A program made the position numbers and the translations under genes. A model generated the notes under the pieces. It searched no databases. It saw only the letters and a list, made by a program, of their open reading frames with translations, and was not told the DNA's origin. From Eukaryota sp. GEM-RC1 (Eukaryota), in NCBI GenBank assembly GCA_040285855.1, contig JAUFOQ010000016.1, forward strand, positions 186,001 to 250,000: a stretch of DNA of 64,000 bases, in the 5' to 3' direction. This document shows positions 25,448 through 37,753 of the stretch, piece after piece. Positions within the stretch are counted from its first letter, which is position 1, and each line of letters begins with the position of its first letter.

Positions 25448-26571
25448 AGACTAAGCTTTTAGTCTAAATCTTAGTCTACTCACTTAGTCTTAGTCTAGTC
25501 CGTAGTCTGTTCATAATAAATTAGTGTAATCATTGGATCAGTATTTTTAACGCAATGTCTGAACCTCCTGAAAAACTGCCCAGACATTCTCTACAACAAT
25601 CGCCTCCAAAACAGAGATGGAATGGTCACCAATTCTATAAGCCAGAAGCAAGTGTCAATCAGAAGCACTGCATCCTATGTGCGGTTGTAGGTTTAAATTG
25701 TTGGGATCAGGAGTTGGAAAAATTGCATTGCCAATTAAATTATTGCCAATTAATTAATTGCAATAAGTAATTGGCCCCAAAAATAGGACGACAATTAATT
25801 GGGCAATTAATTGCAATTATCACGGGGGTTTCAAATGCACGAAATGAATCGAAATTACAAACAGATAACAGAATGCAGATATACAATAAAACACTTTGCT
25901 TCCTTTACCTACAGACAATCGTACTCTGTGCTTGACTTTTTTTTCTCCGTCCGATTCTGGAAAAAGTGCTCATGTCAAAGGGCAACACTACACTTGTAAG
26001 TGCAAAGCAATGATATTGAAAGGTAACGTGTGAACAAACCTTTCCAACCATCTGAGAACAAAGCATGTTAACCTTCAACCGGAGCACAATGACTTGATGA
26101 AAGGCAAATGAGCACCCTTGACACATTTGTAATTGAAGACAAATACTCAGCATACTTTAAATGGATGAAGTGGGTTTCTTTACTTTCTTTTAAGTGCAAA
26201 TGGTCACTTTATCACAAACCAATTAATTGCCCAATTAATTGTAGTACATGTGATAATTGCAATAATTCATTGCCTCTGAAAAACTGAGAACAATTAATTG
26301 GCAATGCAATTTTTCCAACTCCTGGTTGGGATGATGGTGACTTCGATGTACTTGACTTCTAGTGATTGAGTAGAAATTTCTGTTTTATAAATTTGATGTT
26401 TGGACAACCCTTTTTGTCTACTACTTAGTATCTTTGTCTCGTCTTAGTCTAGTCGGTAGTCAGTTACTTTAGTCTTAGTCTAGTCGATAGTCTATTGGTG
26501 TAGTCTGTAGTCTAGTCGGTAGTCAGTTGTTGTATTCTAAGTCTAGTCTAGTCAGTCTGTGCCCAGCTCTA
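25448..26571 (+). mobile_element. Second, left-truncated copy of hAT family A
   Basis: Colinear and highly similar to 20471-20992; right TIR TGCCCAGCTCTA ends at 26571; retains a transposase-like start MSEPPEKLPR...W...F...CILC (BED-finger-like). Confidence 0.9.
25708..26324 (+). mobile_element. hAT-type non-autonomous element (family C), 617 bp, inserted in the family A copy
   Basis: 31-bp perfect TIR CAGGAGTTGGAAAAATTGCATTGCCAATTAA; 8-bp TSD GTTGGGAT (25700-25707 and 26325-26332); internal BED-finger relic YTCKC...TNLSNHLRTKH. Confidence 0.95.
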
Positions 26572-27132
26572 CAGCCAGGCATACCTCGTGCTTATACTTA
26601 TACAATTTGTCATCAACTTTGTAAAACAAGTATGCTCTGTAGAATCGTGTGAAAAAGTTTGGAGTACATACTAGTACTCATTCTGAATGAATGAATGAGT
26701 CATTCATATACAACAAACGACGACATAGACTTTTTGTAGTTTTTTTCCTTTATAGAAGTAGTGAGGCAAGAACAAGAACAGAATTATAATGGAACGCTCT
26801 AAAAAACTGGTTTCTACCCACTTTAATGGAACTCAGATCAAAAACATCCATCAATGGAAGCAGAGATGGTCTCATGATGGTGATAATTTTTCCATTAGAT
26901 GGATGACGTGGAGATTTGGTTTTCAATATGGTTTATTTATCTACATAATTATAAACGTGTCATAGAGTCTCTGCGTCGAAGAAGTTCAAATAAAGATACA
27001 TGTAGTCAAAATGTGTATGGAAAAAACAGAAAATGACATATACGTATGGGCGTATGGACATATTGGAGTCCATACGTGTATGGCAAACAATGGCGCAACT
27101 GTAAATTTGTAATGTCAAACTGATTCAGATCC

Positions 27133-28041
27133 CATTTTATCAACTATCATGAAAGCTTGGACTTTAACAATCGTATTAGCTTGGCTAAAATCGAGAGTCC
27201 CGCTTTTTGTGCTTTTTTGAAAGACATTTCTAGTGATGAAGCTTCTACTTTGATTACTCGATATCCTCAAAGATATAGTTTCAACTTAAAAAGATCATGA
27301 ATGGCTTATCAACATTCGTTTGAGGTTAGGTTTATGGCCTGTTGGTCTCCTTCTAAAGTCTACTTGTGTGTGTGGTTCTTCTTTAGCCTCTTTCCATCAC
27401 GTGGTCAACTGTCATAAGTTTATTCATTTAAGATCAATTATTCACAACAGTTTACGTGATCAATGTTCAGAATTGTTTAAGAGCAATGGTTTTCATGGGA
27501 AAATCGAACCAGTATTAAATACTTTGTCTGACTCAATTATGAGGGATAAGAGTAGAGGTGATTTGATTGGTCCTTGGCTGTCCTCTCAAGAAATAATTAT
27601 GGACTTTACTACGGTTGATCCTTGTAACTCAACTTCCGTTAACAAAATTTTAGACGAAAACTATTCAGCTCTTGAAACTGCTGAAAGGAAAAAATTAGAT
27701 CGTTATGGCGAATTAATTTCCAAGATGAATTCTCGCCGACACAATCCTTTTGTTTTCCATCCTTTTGCTATTTCTCTTTATGGTACGTTTGGTTGCTTCG
27801 GTCAACAACTTCTCACAGATTTTAGCAAATTGTGTAAGCAGTATGGAAAGAATTTTAATGAAAGTTACTGGAGAGGAAGGTTGTCGTTTTCCCTTTTCAA
27901 AGCATTGTTTAGGTATTTTGATTCAATTTTGAACCGTCTCTTTGCATTGCGACATGAATTTGAGATGATATAGAGGTATTTGTATCTCATTTGTTAATAT
28001 TGATGATCGTTTGTATTTGTAAGAGTAAATAAAAGGCGTTT
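27133..28041 (+). mobile_element. 5'-truncated RLE-type (CRE/NeSL-like) non-LTR retrotransposon with 12-bp TSD
   Basis: TSD TGATTCAGATCC at 27121-27132 and 28042-28053. ORF 27320-27973 has LRLG, a CxC...HxxxC knuckle, R-G-D...D-F-T and ExxKxxxY nuclease motifs, and FHPFAISLYG; AATAAA precedes the 3' end. Confidence 0.9.
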
Positions 28042-28249
28042 TGATTCAGATCCTCTAGATCTGATGTCTGTACAGTCTCTGGTCTAACCGTACATCTCTA
28101 AGTTTAAGACGTTCTGAATCTGATAGCTGGTCAAATGACATGCATCATTCTTTGACACAGTATCAATGCTTTCGTCTTTTGTTTCTCCACCACTATCATC
28201 TCACACTGAAACGGAATTCTCTTGTGTCGAGCATTTTTTGTGTCCTTTT

Positions 28250-28520
28250 ATTTTTCTACAATTAATGGTTATTTCAAACAGGTTGACTTCCATAAAGCTC
28301 TCTTGTATTGAAGATTGAAACTGCTATGATGCAGATAGCGTGAAGAAATAGCTCCCCAACTTATCCACAAGAGTTGGTTCCATCAGTAACCGTTCTTTGA
28401 TTCTACTCTCCTTTCTCTCTCCGAAAAAACAAAGGCCTTTTCTTTTGATGACGATAACATTCCTGAACCTATGTCATTTGCTTCCTTTTTTGGTGCTGAA
28501 TTGCAATCGAACTATTTTTG
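28250..28520 (+). pseudogene. Relic of the LRR-family N-terminal domain
   Basis: Near-identical nucleotide blocks to the reverse complement of 14580-14820 (TGCTATGATGCAGATAGCGTGAAGAAA; CATTTGCTTCCTT..TTGGTGCTGAATTG), with stops and indels. Confidence 0.8.
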
Positions 28521-29526
28521 TGTTTCAACTTACTTTATGTTTATAGACCAGTGATGTCACTTATCTTCTCTTTTTGAATTCCTCGTCAATCCATTCTACT
28601 ATGTTATCTCAAGAACTTGCTGCTTGACCCAAAATGAAGGACATTTCCAGAACTTCCTTTTGTTCATAGACAGGTTGAAATACTGCCCTTCCTTTATTAT
28701 AGTAATTTGATTTTTCAATCCAATGATTACTTTCTTTTAAGATATCGTCTTGTATTTCTTCATTCAATCTGTAAAGGAATTTCTTCGATTTTTGAAATGC
28801 AATTATACAATGTTTTTGTCTGATGGTATTTAAATTGCCTTTAATTGTTTTTAGACCAACATTCAACTCATTTCAATAATTACTCAAATACAGCACTTAG
28901 AACGATGATATGTTGTTGAATGGTGACCACTTCACTGCTTCTACATTACACACTTCTTCTTTTCCACATCAGTGACTTGTTCTCGAACTTTAACACAAAA
29001 TGTTATCAATCTTGTTGTAAACAGATTGTTGGATCAATTATCACCAATTCCGTATTAGAAAGATCAAAATTGACAGCGACTAAGAAAAACCTAAAAAATC
29101 AACAGTTAGATGGACACTTTCTCCAGATGGTTTATATACAGCAGCTGGATAATACAACACGCTATACGTTGCAAATTAAATATGTATTTTTAGTTACTGT
29201 TTTATTCAAAGTGACCAGGTCACATCGGTGATAGTAAAACAGTTTCATGAGGATCGCAAAGCATTCGATCAACTCTTGCTAGACTTTCCTTTGTGGTTGA
29301 GTGATCTTCTCCTCTATGAATATGTTACCAATGGAAACTGCAAATCAATATCATCCAGTCATAGTTGTTATAGCTATCACAGAAGCTTGTTCGTCAAATA
29401 TAGTGCTAACAGCTGCACGACCTTTTAATTTGTCACTTCTAGCATTGAGCTCACTACTGCTGAAAGAATTATTATTCTATTGCGTTGTAATCATGTTTTA
29501 TGAAATGTAAAAATAGGTAAAAACAT

Positions 29527-31371
29527 TTACTTGCTATTCAACCATTTTTCAAAAACATTTACACAATCATCAATTGAAATCAAATCGGAATCACAAATGA
29601 CATCTTTTCCATCACACACTCGCAAGTGAAGTCCAATATCAGGAATTCCCTTTTTCCACCAACCTTTTCTCCACAAACTTCTATCATATTTACGCTTGTT
29701 CTGTTTGATCACGTCATCAGCAGGTTGCAACACAGAAAAAATTAAATCATCACTCGATAAATGCTTTCCAGTAAGATTATTTAAAATTTCCCCAAATTCT
29801 TTCACACAACCCCATCTCCAAAACTCATTTGCCAAATCAACACCAATATTGAAATTATGTAACAAATTCTCTCCGTATTTTGTTTCAAAATGATCTCTAG
29901 TTGTCTCAACAGCACACTGAGCTAAAACATACGAATGGTAGTAAGCACTGGATTCCCACGAGTAAATATGAGGAACACTAATTAAAGGCCTTGGACTATT
30001 TAAACCCAAGAGAATTCGTTTTTCTATTCTATCTGCAAGATCTAAAATCTTATCTGGTAGAACTTCCTCTTCTGACATTTGGTAGAGCTCACGTTCAAAG
30101 AAAGGTACCAGCAACATTGTCCTCAGCCTCAACAACTTTTCTGGTTGTTTAGCTTTATAAAATCGTTCTAATAGTTCAAATGGAATCACGTCACCTTCTT
30201 CATTCACTGCAAACTGAGCCATGAAATCCCCATCTTCAATCATAGAGTCCATAAACATTGACTGGCACTCAGCATTGATTACTGAAAAAGGAGCTCGCTC
30301 TTGAGAGAATAACGGGGAAGCAACCAAACAGTTTGCAAACGCTGCAGCGTGTCCACCTTCATGAATCAAGGTCTTTAATGCAGTAAAACCAGAACCTACC
30401 TGGCCAGGGAGTACACAAGGAGGTAAAATTAGCTTTGGAGGGGTGAAACTTCCCTTGAGAAAAGTAACTAGGTCTTGGCCAATGACAAAAGCCATTGCTA
30501 TACTTACCAGGTCTATCTAGTAAGTCTAAGGTAAGAGAAGAACCTCTGAAAGTTACACCCAAGCTACTAAAGCAATTTAGCCAGATTCTAACACTATTTT
30601 TAAACGAGAAATATGGATCAATTTCAGAAGTGACAGAACCAGAGGAATAGAAAGGTAGGTTCCATGGTTCAACTGCTGAGTCACCATTCCTCATCTTCAT
30701 GTCATTCAAGTAATCCAGGAAAGGCTCACGTGTCTTTAGCCTAATATCTTCAAGAATCTTGAAGACTTCTTCTTTAGACATTCTTTCAGTTGTTTGAGTT
30801 TTGTACTCGTAGAAATCTGAATAACCTAACATCTTTGCAAGTCTATTCCTATGGTTAATTATACAACAGAACTCTCGCAGTAAAGGCACGTTAGCTTGAC
30901 GTAGCCCAATGAAGGCTGCCTTTCGAACATGATGATCTGGGTTAGTGCGAAGGAGGTTTGCCAATTGCACAGTTGATGAATGTATGAAGTTGCTAGTTTC
31001 TGGATCTACATATCCAATCTCGAGATCTTTGTTACGTCGTTGCTGAAGGTCTGCTTCTAAGGTTTGAGTATCTTCATAGACTAGGGTAGCACGAGGATCA
31101 GGCATCTGATAGCAGAGGAAACATTTTTGAGGTTTTGTAAAGTAGTAAGTTGGAGAGGTGACATGTCATCATGGAGAAGTGCTTCATTAACAGCATCTAG
31201 ATTGGCTGATGATGAAAGAAAAGCATTGAGAGCAGCAAGAGATGAAGAAACAGAACCAGGATTGTCGTTTAAACCCATTTTACTCTGCCAGAAGGCATCC
31301 TCATAGGTCTCGTGAAGTGCAACATACCTATGGTTGATGGTTTCAATGAAGTGATCGAGATCGGAAGACAT
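29527..31371 (-). CDS. Zinc metallopeptidase, M3 (oligopeptidase) family
   Basis: HEGGH zinc motif, DLLDRPGKYSNGFCHWP, FSQERAP, AECQSMFMD, SAYYHSYVLA; three ORFs joined by 1-nt homopolymer corrections near 31124-31128 and 30408-30410. Confidence 0.9.
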
Positions 31372-31789
31372 TGTTTCAGAATGTACAGTCCAAGGATTTC
31401 TTTTTTAAAAGTGGAAGTGGAAGTTGTTAACAATTGATTGATGATTACACCTATGAAAACTGTAACTGTATATAAAATCTATGTCTAGCTGTTTATGTAG
31501 AATCAGTAATCATTTTGACTCTTTTGAAAAACTACAATGAACATCTGGGAAAACAATGCGAGTTCTACTTCATCATTCCGACGTTCTAATTGGAGTGATA
31601 TTACTTGCCACGTGTCTATTCAATGATGGAGCTGTCACTTTCCTAATCAAGGAATTCTTGCAAATCCCTTTAGAATCAGATAACTACTGCTGAAAAACTG
31701 TATGAAGAAGTGCTGGGGAATCAGGAAGACTTATCACAAGTAGATTTCTATTCTTTTGTAATAGTTTAATTAAGGCATGAGCCTCGTTG

Positions 31790-32400
31790 GCATTTGGAAG
31801 TTGAACACCTTGAATTGACAACTCCAGTAATGACGTGTTTACTTCAACTTGATTTCCAATTTCCTCAAAGAACTAATATATCTCAAAACTTCACAAAGAT
31901 TTTCGCTATGAAAATTGGTTTTGTCAAAATACACTGCTTCAATACATATATTGTTTCTAAGAGCCGTAAACACTTCAGACTCCAACAACTCTACCCGGGG
32001 GAAACCGTAGTCTTTTCAATGTATCACTTTCTAGAAGTAAAGGAATACAAGAAGAATCAGCGAGGTACAAACAAGAAAGATCAACTTCTAGAACAACTGA
32101 ATTACGACGAAGTTCGATAAGAACTGGAGCAAAAAAATCACTTCTTACAATAGATCGTGAACTAGAAATTAGAAATGACTTGATTTGATCGAAAGATATC
32201 CGCCAAACTACGAGCTTTTTCTGTATCAAACTTGAAAAGAATTACTGTAAATACTTGAACCTTTCCACATCTTAAGGTCCTCAACATTTATGACTACCCC
32301 GACAGTCCATTTGCCTTACTTTGTCGATCCCTTGTAGTTAACACTTAACACTGCAGTTCGGTGAAGAGTGAATCAGGAAGTCAAACTTGCTGAAGCAATT
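31790..32400 (+). pseudogene. Degraded LRR-family-like gene
   Basis: Fragments such as FPHLKVLNI...FALLCRSLVVNT resemble the first LRR region of the family; many stops. Confidence 0.3.
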
Positions 32401-32768
32401 GTTTTTCTCAACTTATTGGTACCAGTACTTCTTTTCCTTTCATTCCTTGAGTAATTCAAGTGGATTTACGACATCAATGCCTAGTTTTATATTTCTGTAA
32501 CAATGAGTTCAAACTCTCTTTAATCATGTGATACGTTATATCATGTTTTCTAAAGGATTATCGTCATTTATAGAAAAATGTTCTAAGAAGGGGTTGCGAA
32601 TCGGTTAATGAAAGTCCTAAATACTAGTAAAACAGCGAAATTGTACTGGAATTATTGAAACATTAGGTAAGTCTTTCGAATTCCACTTTCTCGGAAAACG
32701 AAAGTTTCTTCAGCGTAAATGTAGCTGACTTCTGGAGAATCTCTTAAAGTGAGTACTCAACCATTCAC

Positions 32769-33222
32769 TTAGTATTGTTGAAATCTAATCCAAGCTAATG
32801 CTTCCTTTGTTGTACCTTCTTGAGGTTTATACTGAGCCCATCGGCTAAATGCTAACGCAAATTCCAATATGTTTGAAATTTTGAGCACAAGTGGTTCGTT
32901 AATTGACCGGGACACATACGGTGTAGTGTATAATTTGGAGCCTGGATCCACTGTTGAGGCCGGGATGAAACCAGGAAAGAGCTTCGGGACATATCCTACT
33001 AAACGGACTTGTTTACGGACTCGAGCATCATATATAGGAAAAACTTCGGGAGCCCTGGTTTGTGATTCAAGAGGACGACTGGAAGACACAGTAGCTGCCA
33101 GTTCAGGATTGAACATCACTTATACCTCAAGCAGCAAAACAGCCCCCAAAAAAAAGGTCTGTAGCAAGCAGATTTGATGAACGAGGAGTACTTGGAGAAG
33201 TAAATGGTGTTTTATCGGACAT
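32769..33222 (-). pseudogene. Disrupted gene of unknown function with a hydrophobic N-terminal anchor
   Basis: MSDKTPFTSPSTP...LFFLGAVLLLEV then in-frame TAA into ORF 32769-33119. Confidence 0.3.
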
Positions 33223-33559
33223 ATTATTTAAAGTTGTAATGTGTTCATTTTTAAAAGACAATTGATTAGAAAGGGTAGAACTGGAGGGTTTGTAGTCACT
33301 AAATAGTTTACCACAGGCCAACTTTTAAGTGTAATTATGAAGTCGTTTTTTTTATTTATACACATCTTTGCCTTTCGCCGTTATCACATTTCATGTATTC
33401 AAATAGAAAATATAAAAACAGATAATTTTTGCAAAACAAAGAGGAACACAATCCTACCAAAGTATTGTAATTCGCATGAGTTATTACAATACAAGGCTCG
33501 TGCTAGAATCCCAAATGTATATTGGTATTGATATCTTGAAAATATTCATTATTTTGTTC

Positions 33560-33960
33560 CTTTTATTGCAAATTATCCTTGATGAAACAACACTAGACAC
33601 ATGTGCTCAAACTTGTGTTAACAGCTTAACTTCAAAAGGTTTCAACCACCTAGAAACAGTTCAATAACGTAAATTCTATTTGTATTCCAAAGATGTTGCT
33701 AAATTCATTCGAAATATGTATTGGTTCCATTTGCTGTTTCTATTTTTGGTAGTATTGGTGAAATGGCTTCTCAGTTTTTAACTGATTTTGGATCTATGTG
33801 TAAGTCTCAGAATAAGATGTTTAACTTATCAATTTGGTATAACCGTTTGATTTGTTCTCTGTTCCGTTCGATACCTATCTTTATTTAATCAATGACCACG
33901 AAGTTGTACAAGAGCTGTGGTAGTGTTGACCAGAAATTTTCCGTGTCTAGTGTTTCAAAG
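33560..33960 (+). mobile_element. 3' remnant of an RLE-type non-LTR retrotransposon
   Basis: IILDETTLDTC...LVPFAVSIFGSIGEMASQFLTDFGSMCK...WYNRLICSLFR aligns by eye with the 27320-27973 protein. Confidence 0.8.
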
Positions 33961-34896
33961 CATACTTGTTGATCACACTCGTTTTGTCAGTGTGATCACA
34001 ATCACAACCACAACCACAACCACATCACACGATCACATGTGATCACAATCACAAATTGTGATCACAAATACTGTTTATTGGGAAAAATCAAGTTCATAAT
34101 AATGTATTATAATATGTATACATATTGAAATTACATAACCCTACAGCTTACTTTTGCGAACACGATCTATTTCACTGTCCTGAGACCAATCTACATCAAT
34201 GTGCTCCTCCATATCTGCTTCTTCGATCACAAAAGCTTCTCCAATATCCCCTTTATCATGCTCAACCTCATCGTTATCTGTGATGTCGTCAAAAACACCT
34301 CTCAAATCAACATTTGCTACAACATCCATTGTATCTGACGGTTGTTCTTCTTCTGCCAACAACACTAAAGAATCTTCCCTGTTTGATGCCCACATTTCCA
34401 CATCCAAAAGAACATCCCCCACTCTAGATTTGGTCTCAAGTATTTAGTTGAGAATACTGAGATTCAAATTTTATTAATGACTTCAGAAGTAGTAAGTTTT
34501 GTGGTAAAATCTATTTTATGATGTATTATTGTTTGATATCTTATAGCATTGAAAGTCCTTACCTGATGTGTTTTCACGAACTGTCACGAGCTGGTAAAGC
34601 GGATTATCCTTGTTACAATCGGATTGGAGAAAAGGAAGTGAAGACATTGTGGGGAAAGGGTAAATGTAGTTTTCGAGCACCAGATTAGACTCTAAACTGG
34701 TGCTCTAAACTGTAGAGTGTTGTTGAACAATTAAACCTGGTCTAGGTTTATCACATACATGTATTATATTAATGACTTCACTTCAGTATGGATCACATTT
34801 GAATCACAAGCGATGTGATCACAAAAAAAAGGCCAGTGTGATCACATGTGATCACAATCACAATGTGATCACATGTGTTTGTGATCCACAAGTATG
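33961..34896 (-). mobile_element. hAT-type non-autonomous element (family D), 936 bp
   Basis: 17-bp TIR CATACTTGT(T/G)GATCACA; 8-bp TSD TTTCAAAG (33953-33960 and 34897-34904); palindromic TGTGATCACA subterminal repeats; acidic ORF 34141-34422 may be a transposase tail. Confidence 0.92.
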
Positions 34897-35312
34897 TTTC
34901 AAAGCTTTATTTTGATATGTATTTTTGTTTTCTCGAATTACTCGTTGTACCCGTTTGAATTAGGAACATCATAAATTGTGAACTTTGTGGATATTGTCGA
35001 TGAAAAACAGGACTTTCGATCTCAGATTTTGGAAAAACAAAATTTTGTTTTCAATTATTATATTAATGCTGCTTGCTTTCTGTTTTTAACACGTTAGAAT
35101 CTCTTGAAAGGCACTGTGAAGTGAAGGTAGTGGAAATTTGCAGATAGTAAAATTTGCCTTTGAAGATATTGATAATTGAACCGTTTAGTCCATCCATGTA
35201 ATTTACGTTAGTCATTTAAATACTGTACATACTTGGTTTAATGTATTTCGTTTATTTTTGTTCATAAAGTTACAAACTTCTTACTGTAGAAGTGAACTAA
35301 CAAGGTTCCTCG

Positions 35313-35880
35313 ATGCCAAGAGCTGCAAGTTACAGAGCAACCAACTTGGAACCTCCAAAAGACCCTCCACCTGAGAAACCAGGAATAAAGAAGGAGCTCA
35401 AGAAGTTCCATTTTAAAAGATTGACAGCCCATCAAAGAAAAAGAGAGACCCTTGGAAAAGATCAGCAGAAGTTCTATAGAGAGAGTAAAAAGTCATGGAT
35501 CATTGGAAGAAAAACTAATGAAGAGTGGGAAAAACAACTAAGAAACTTTTGAATTGAGATGGATTGATGAGTTCAAAGAGAAGTTTGGAGGTCCAGAGAA
35601 TACGGTGATAGTGATGGGAGATTGGAAGCAAACTACGGTCAAGAATTAAGCACCAACAAAGAATGTTGGTCACAGGGCAATGAATATAGGACAAGCGCTC
35701 GATACCATAGATATGTGCTGGAAAATGAACACGGAATCAATGAAAAGAAACATCGTGTTCAAAATCCCGGACCGTACAGAAGAGCAAAAAACCAACGGTT
35801 TTAAGACATGGATTACTCACTTGCAGAAATCTGGATGTCTTTGGAACCGGAACGTGAACGCTGTGTTAAACAAGATTCAT
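35313..35880 (+). pseudogene. Degenerate, internally deleted Fanzor1-like (TnpB-derived RuvC nuclease) gene
   Basis: Ordered motifs across frames: FKEKFGGPENTVIVMGDW, APTK, NEYRTS (RuvC-II), RVQNPGPYRR, HGLLTC, GCLWNRNVNAVLN (RuvC-III). Confidence 0.8.
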
Positions 35881-35980
35881 ATTGAAGATGAACATGTTTT
35901 GGAAAGAACTTCCACATAAATCTCTCCCTCCAGTGATCTAACCAGGTCACTTTTATTTCTCACTTTTAAGCCATTAGCTG

Positions 35981-37753
35981 ATGCCCACAATCTCCATTGC
36001 CCGCGACACTTTATTTACTCTTCTAGGTAAAACCTTCACCAAAGAACAATTCGAAGACCTTTGCTTTGAATTTGGCATTGAACTTGACGAAGAAACCACT
36101 GAAGCACAACTTTCTGCTTCAGCTCGTAATGAAGCCACTAACCAATCTTCCCCTGATGAAACTGTCATCTACCGCATAGAAGTTCCAGCCAACAGAATTG
36201 ACCTTCTTTGCGTTGAGGGTCTTGCCAAAGCTCTCAGAACTTTCATGTACGAGAACGAACCTCCCGCTTCCTACAAACCCTCTTCACTAGAACCTCTGGA
36301 CATCTACGTCAAATCTTCCACCTCTTCCATCCGTCCCTACATTGTTGGAGCTGTCCTCCATGACTTCTCCTTCACCCCTGAAGTTTACAAGTCCTTTATT
36401 GACCTTCAAGACAAGCTCCACCAGAATTACTGCCGTAAGAGAAAGCTAGTCGCCATTGGTACCCATGATCTTGACACAATTGAAGCTCCCTTTGTTTACT
36501 CAGCTGATGATACCAACAACATCTCTTTTGCTGCTCTAAACTCTACTGAAGAAAAGACGGCTTCTGAAATTCTTGATGCTTTTGACCAACCAGGTCATTA
36601 TCTGAGGCCTTATTTGTCAATCATTTCTGATAGATCACGTCATCCGGTTATTTATGATAATCAGTCGCGTGTTCTTTCGCTACCACCAATTATTAACGGA
36701 AATCACTCCAAAATCACTTTAAATACTAGAAATATTTTAATTGAGTGTACGGCAATCGATCGTACCAAGGCTTATGACGTTTTGGATACCATTATCTCAA
36801 TGTTCTCGTCATTATGCAAGAATTCTTGTGAATTCCGACAGGTTAAAGTTCATTATCCTGATGGAAATGTTGACGTAACTCCTAGAATGGCATCACGCGA
36901 GATGACAGTCAATGTTAACGATATTAGTCAAATGATTGGCGTCACAGTCGGTGATGATGAAGCAGTTTCTCTTCTGAGAAAAATGATGTTACCCGCTAAA
37001 ATTATTGAAAATTTTAAAATTTCGGTTGCCATCCCACCTACTAGAAACGACATTCTTCATCCATGTGACGTTGTTGAAGACGCTGCAATTGCCTTTGGCT
37101 TTGACAAAATCCCTAAGAAATTACCAGAGTTTATGACCTTTGGAGATGAACTTCCTAGTACGGAGACTGTTGAGCTATTGAGATCTTCAATAGCTGGTTA
37201 TGGATTTACTGAGATTTGTACCTTTACTCTACTTTCCAAATTCGATACTGCTGATTGGCTTGATCGACCTGATGATGGCGTGATAGTTGCTAATCCTAAG
37301 GGTCACGATTTTGAACGTGTCAGAAATTCCTTGATTCCAGGACTTTTAAAGACTGCCGGTCACAACAAGGGAATCGCCAGACCCCTACGACTTTTCGAGA
37401 TTGGTGATGTTGTTCTAGTCGACAATCAAGACGAGAATGGCTCAATCAATGAAAAGCGATTGGGTGCTCTCTATTCGTCAGTAACTGCTGGCTTCGAGTA
37501 TCTTCATGGTCTTGTTGATCGTTTTTCTTCCTGGATGGGAATTAAACCAGAGTTTCTGAAGTTAGTCGAGAGTGACATTGGTTACCTTATCAAAGGTCAT
37601 CAAGCTCATATAGTTTACACTGGTGGAGATAAGGACGTTGTTGTGGGGGAAGTTGGAAGTGTTGCCATTCAAGTGATTAAGAATTTTGATGTTTCCTTTC
37701 CTTGTAGTGTTTTGGAGATTAATTTAAGTAAGATTATGGAGTTAGGTCTTTAA
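35981..37753 (+). CDS. FARSB: Phenylalanyl-tRNA synthetase beta subunit (cytosolic)
   Basis: MPTISI, FEFGIELDE, IEVPANRIDLLCVEG, LQDKLHQN, SLPPIING, PPTRNDILHPCDVVED; intact ORF. Confidence 0.97.
   Translation: MPTISIARDTLFTLLGKTFTKEQFEDLCFEFGIELDEETTEAQLSASARNEATNQSSPDETVIYRIEVPANRIDLLCVEGLAKALRTFMYENEPPASYKPSSLEPLDIYVKSSTSSIRPYIVGAVLHDFSFTPEVYKSFIDLQDKLHQNYCRKRKLVAIGTHDLDTIEAPFVYSADDTNNISFAALNSTEEKTASEILDAFDQPGHYLRPYLSIISDRSRHPVIYDNQSRVLSLPPIINGNHSKITLNTRNILIECTAIDRTKAYDVLDTIISMFSSLCKNSCEFRQVKVHYPDGNVDVTPRMASREMTVNVNDISQMIGVTVGDDEAVSLLRKMMLPAKIIENFKISVAIPPTRNDILHPCDVVEDAAIAFGFDKIPKKLPEFMTFGDELPSTETVELLRSSIAGYGFTEICTFTLLSKFDTADWLDRPDDGVIVANPKGHDFERVRNSLIPGLLKTAGHNKGIARPLRLFEIGDVVLVDNQDENGSINEKRLGALYSSVTAGFEYLHGLVDRFSSWMGIKPEFLKLVESDIGYLIKGHQAHIVYTGGDKDVVVGEVGSVAIQVIKNFDVSFPCSVLEINLSKIMELGL

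Larger units (their letters stand above)
25410..27101 (+). mobile_element. Outer hAT-like element (family B) hosting two nested insertions
   Basis: Left end CAGTGTTGCGCCAT; right end reverse complement CAGTTGCGCCAT; near-perfect 8-bp TSD CAAATTTG (25402-25409) / TAAATTTG (27102-27109); GTATGG/CCATAC subterminal repeats. Confidence 0.65.
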
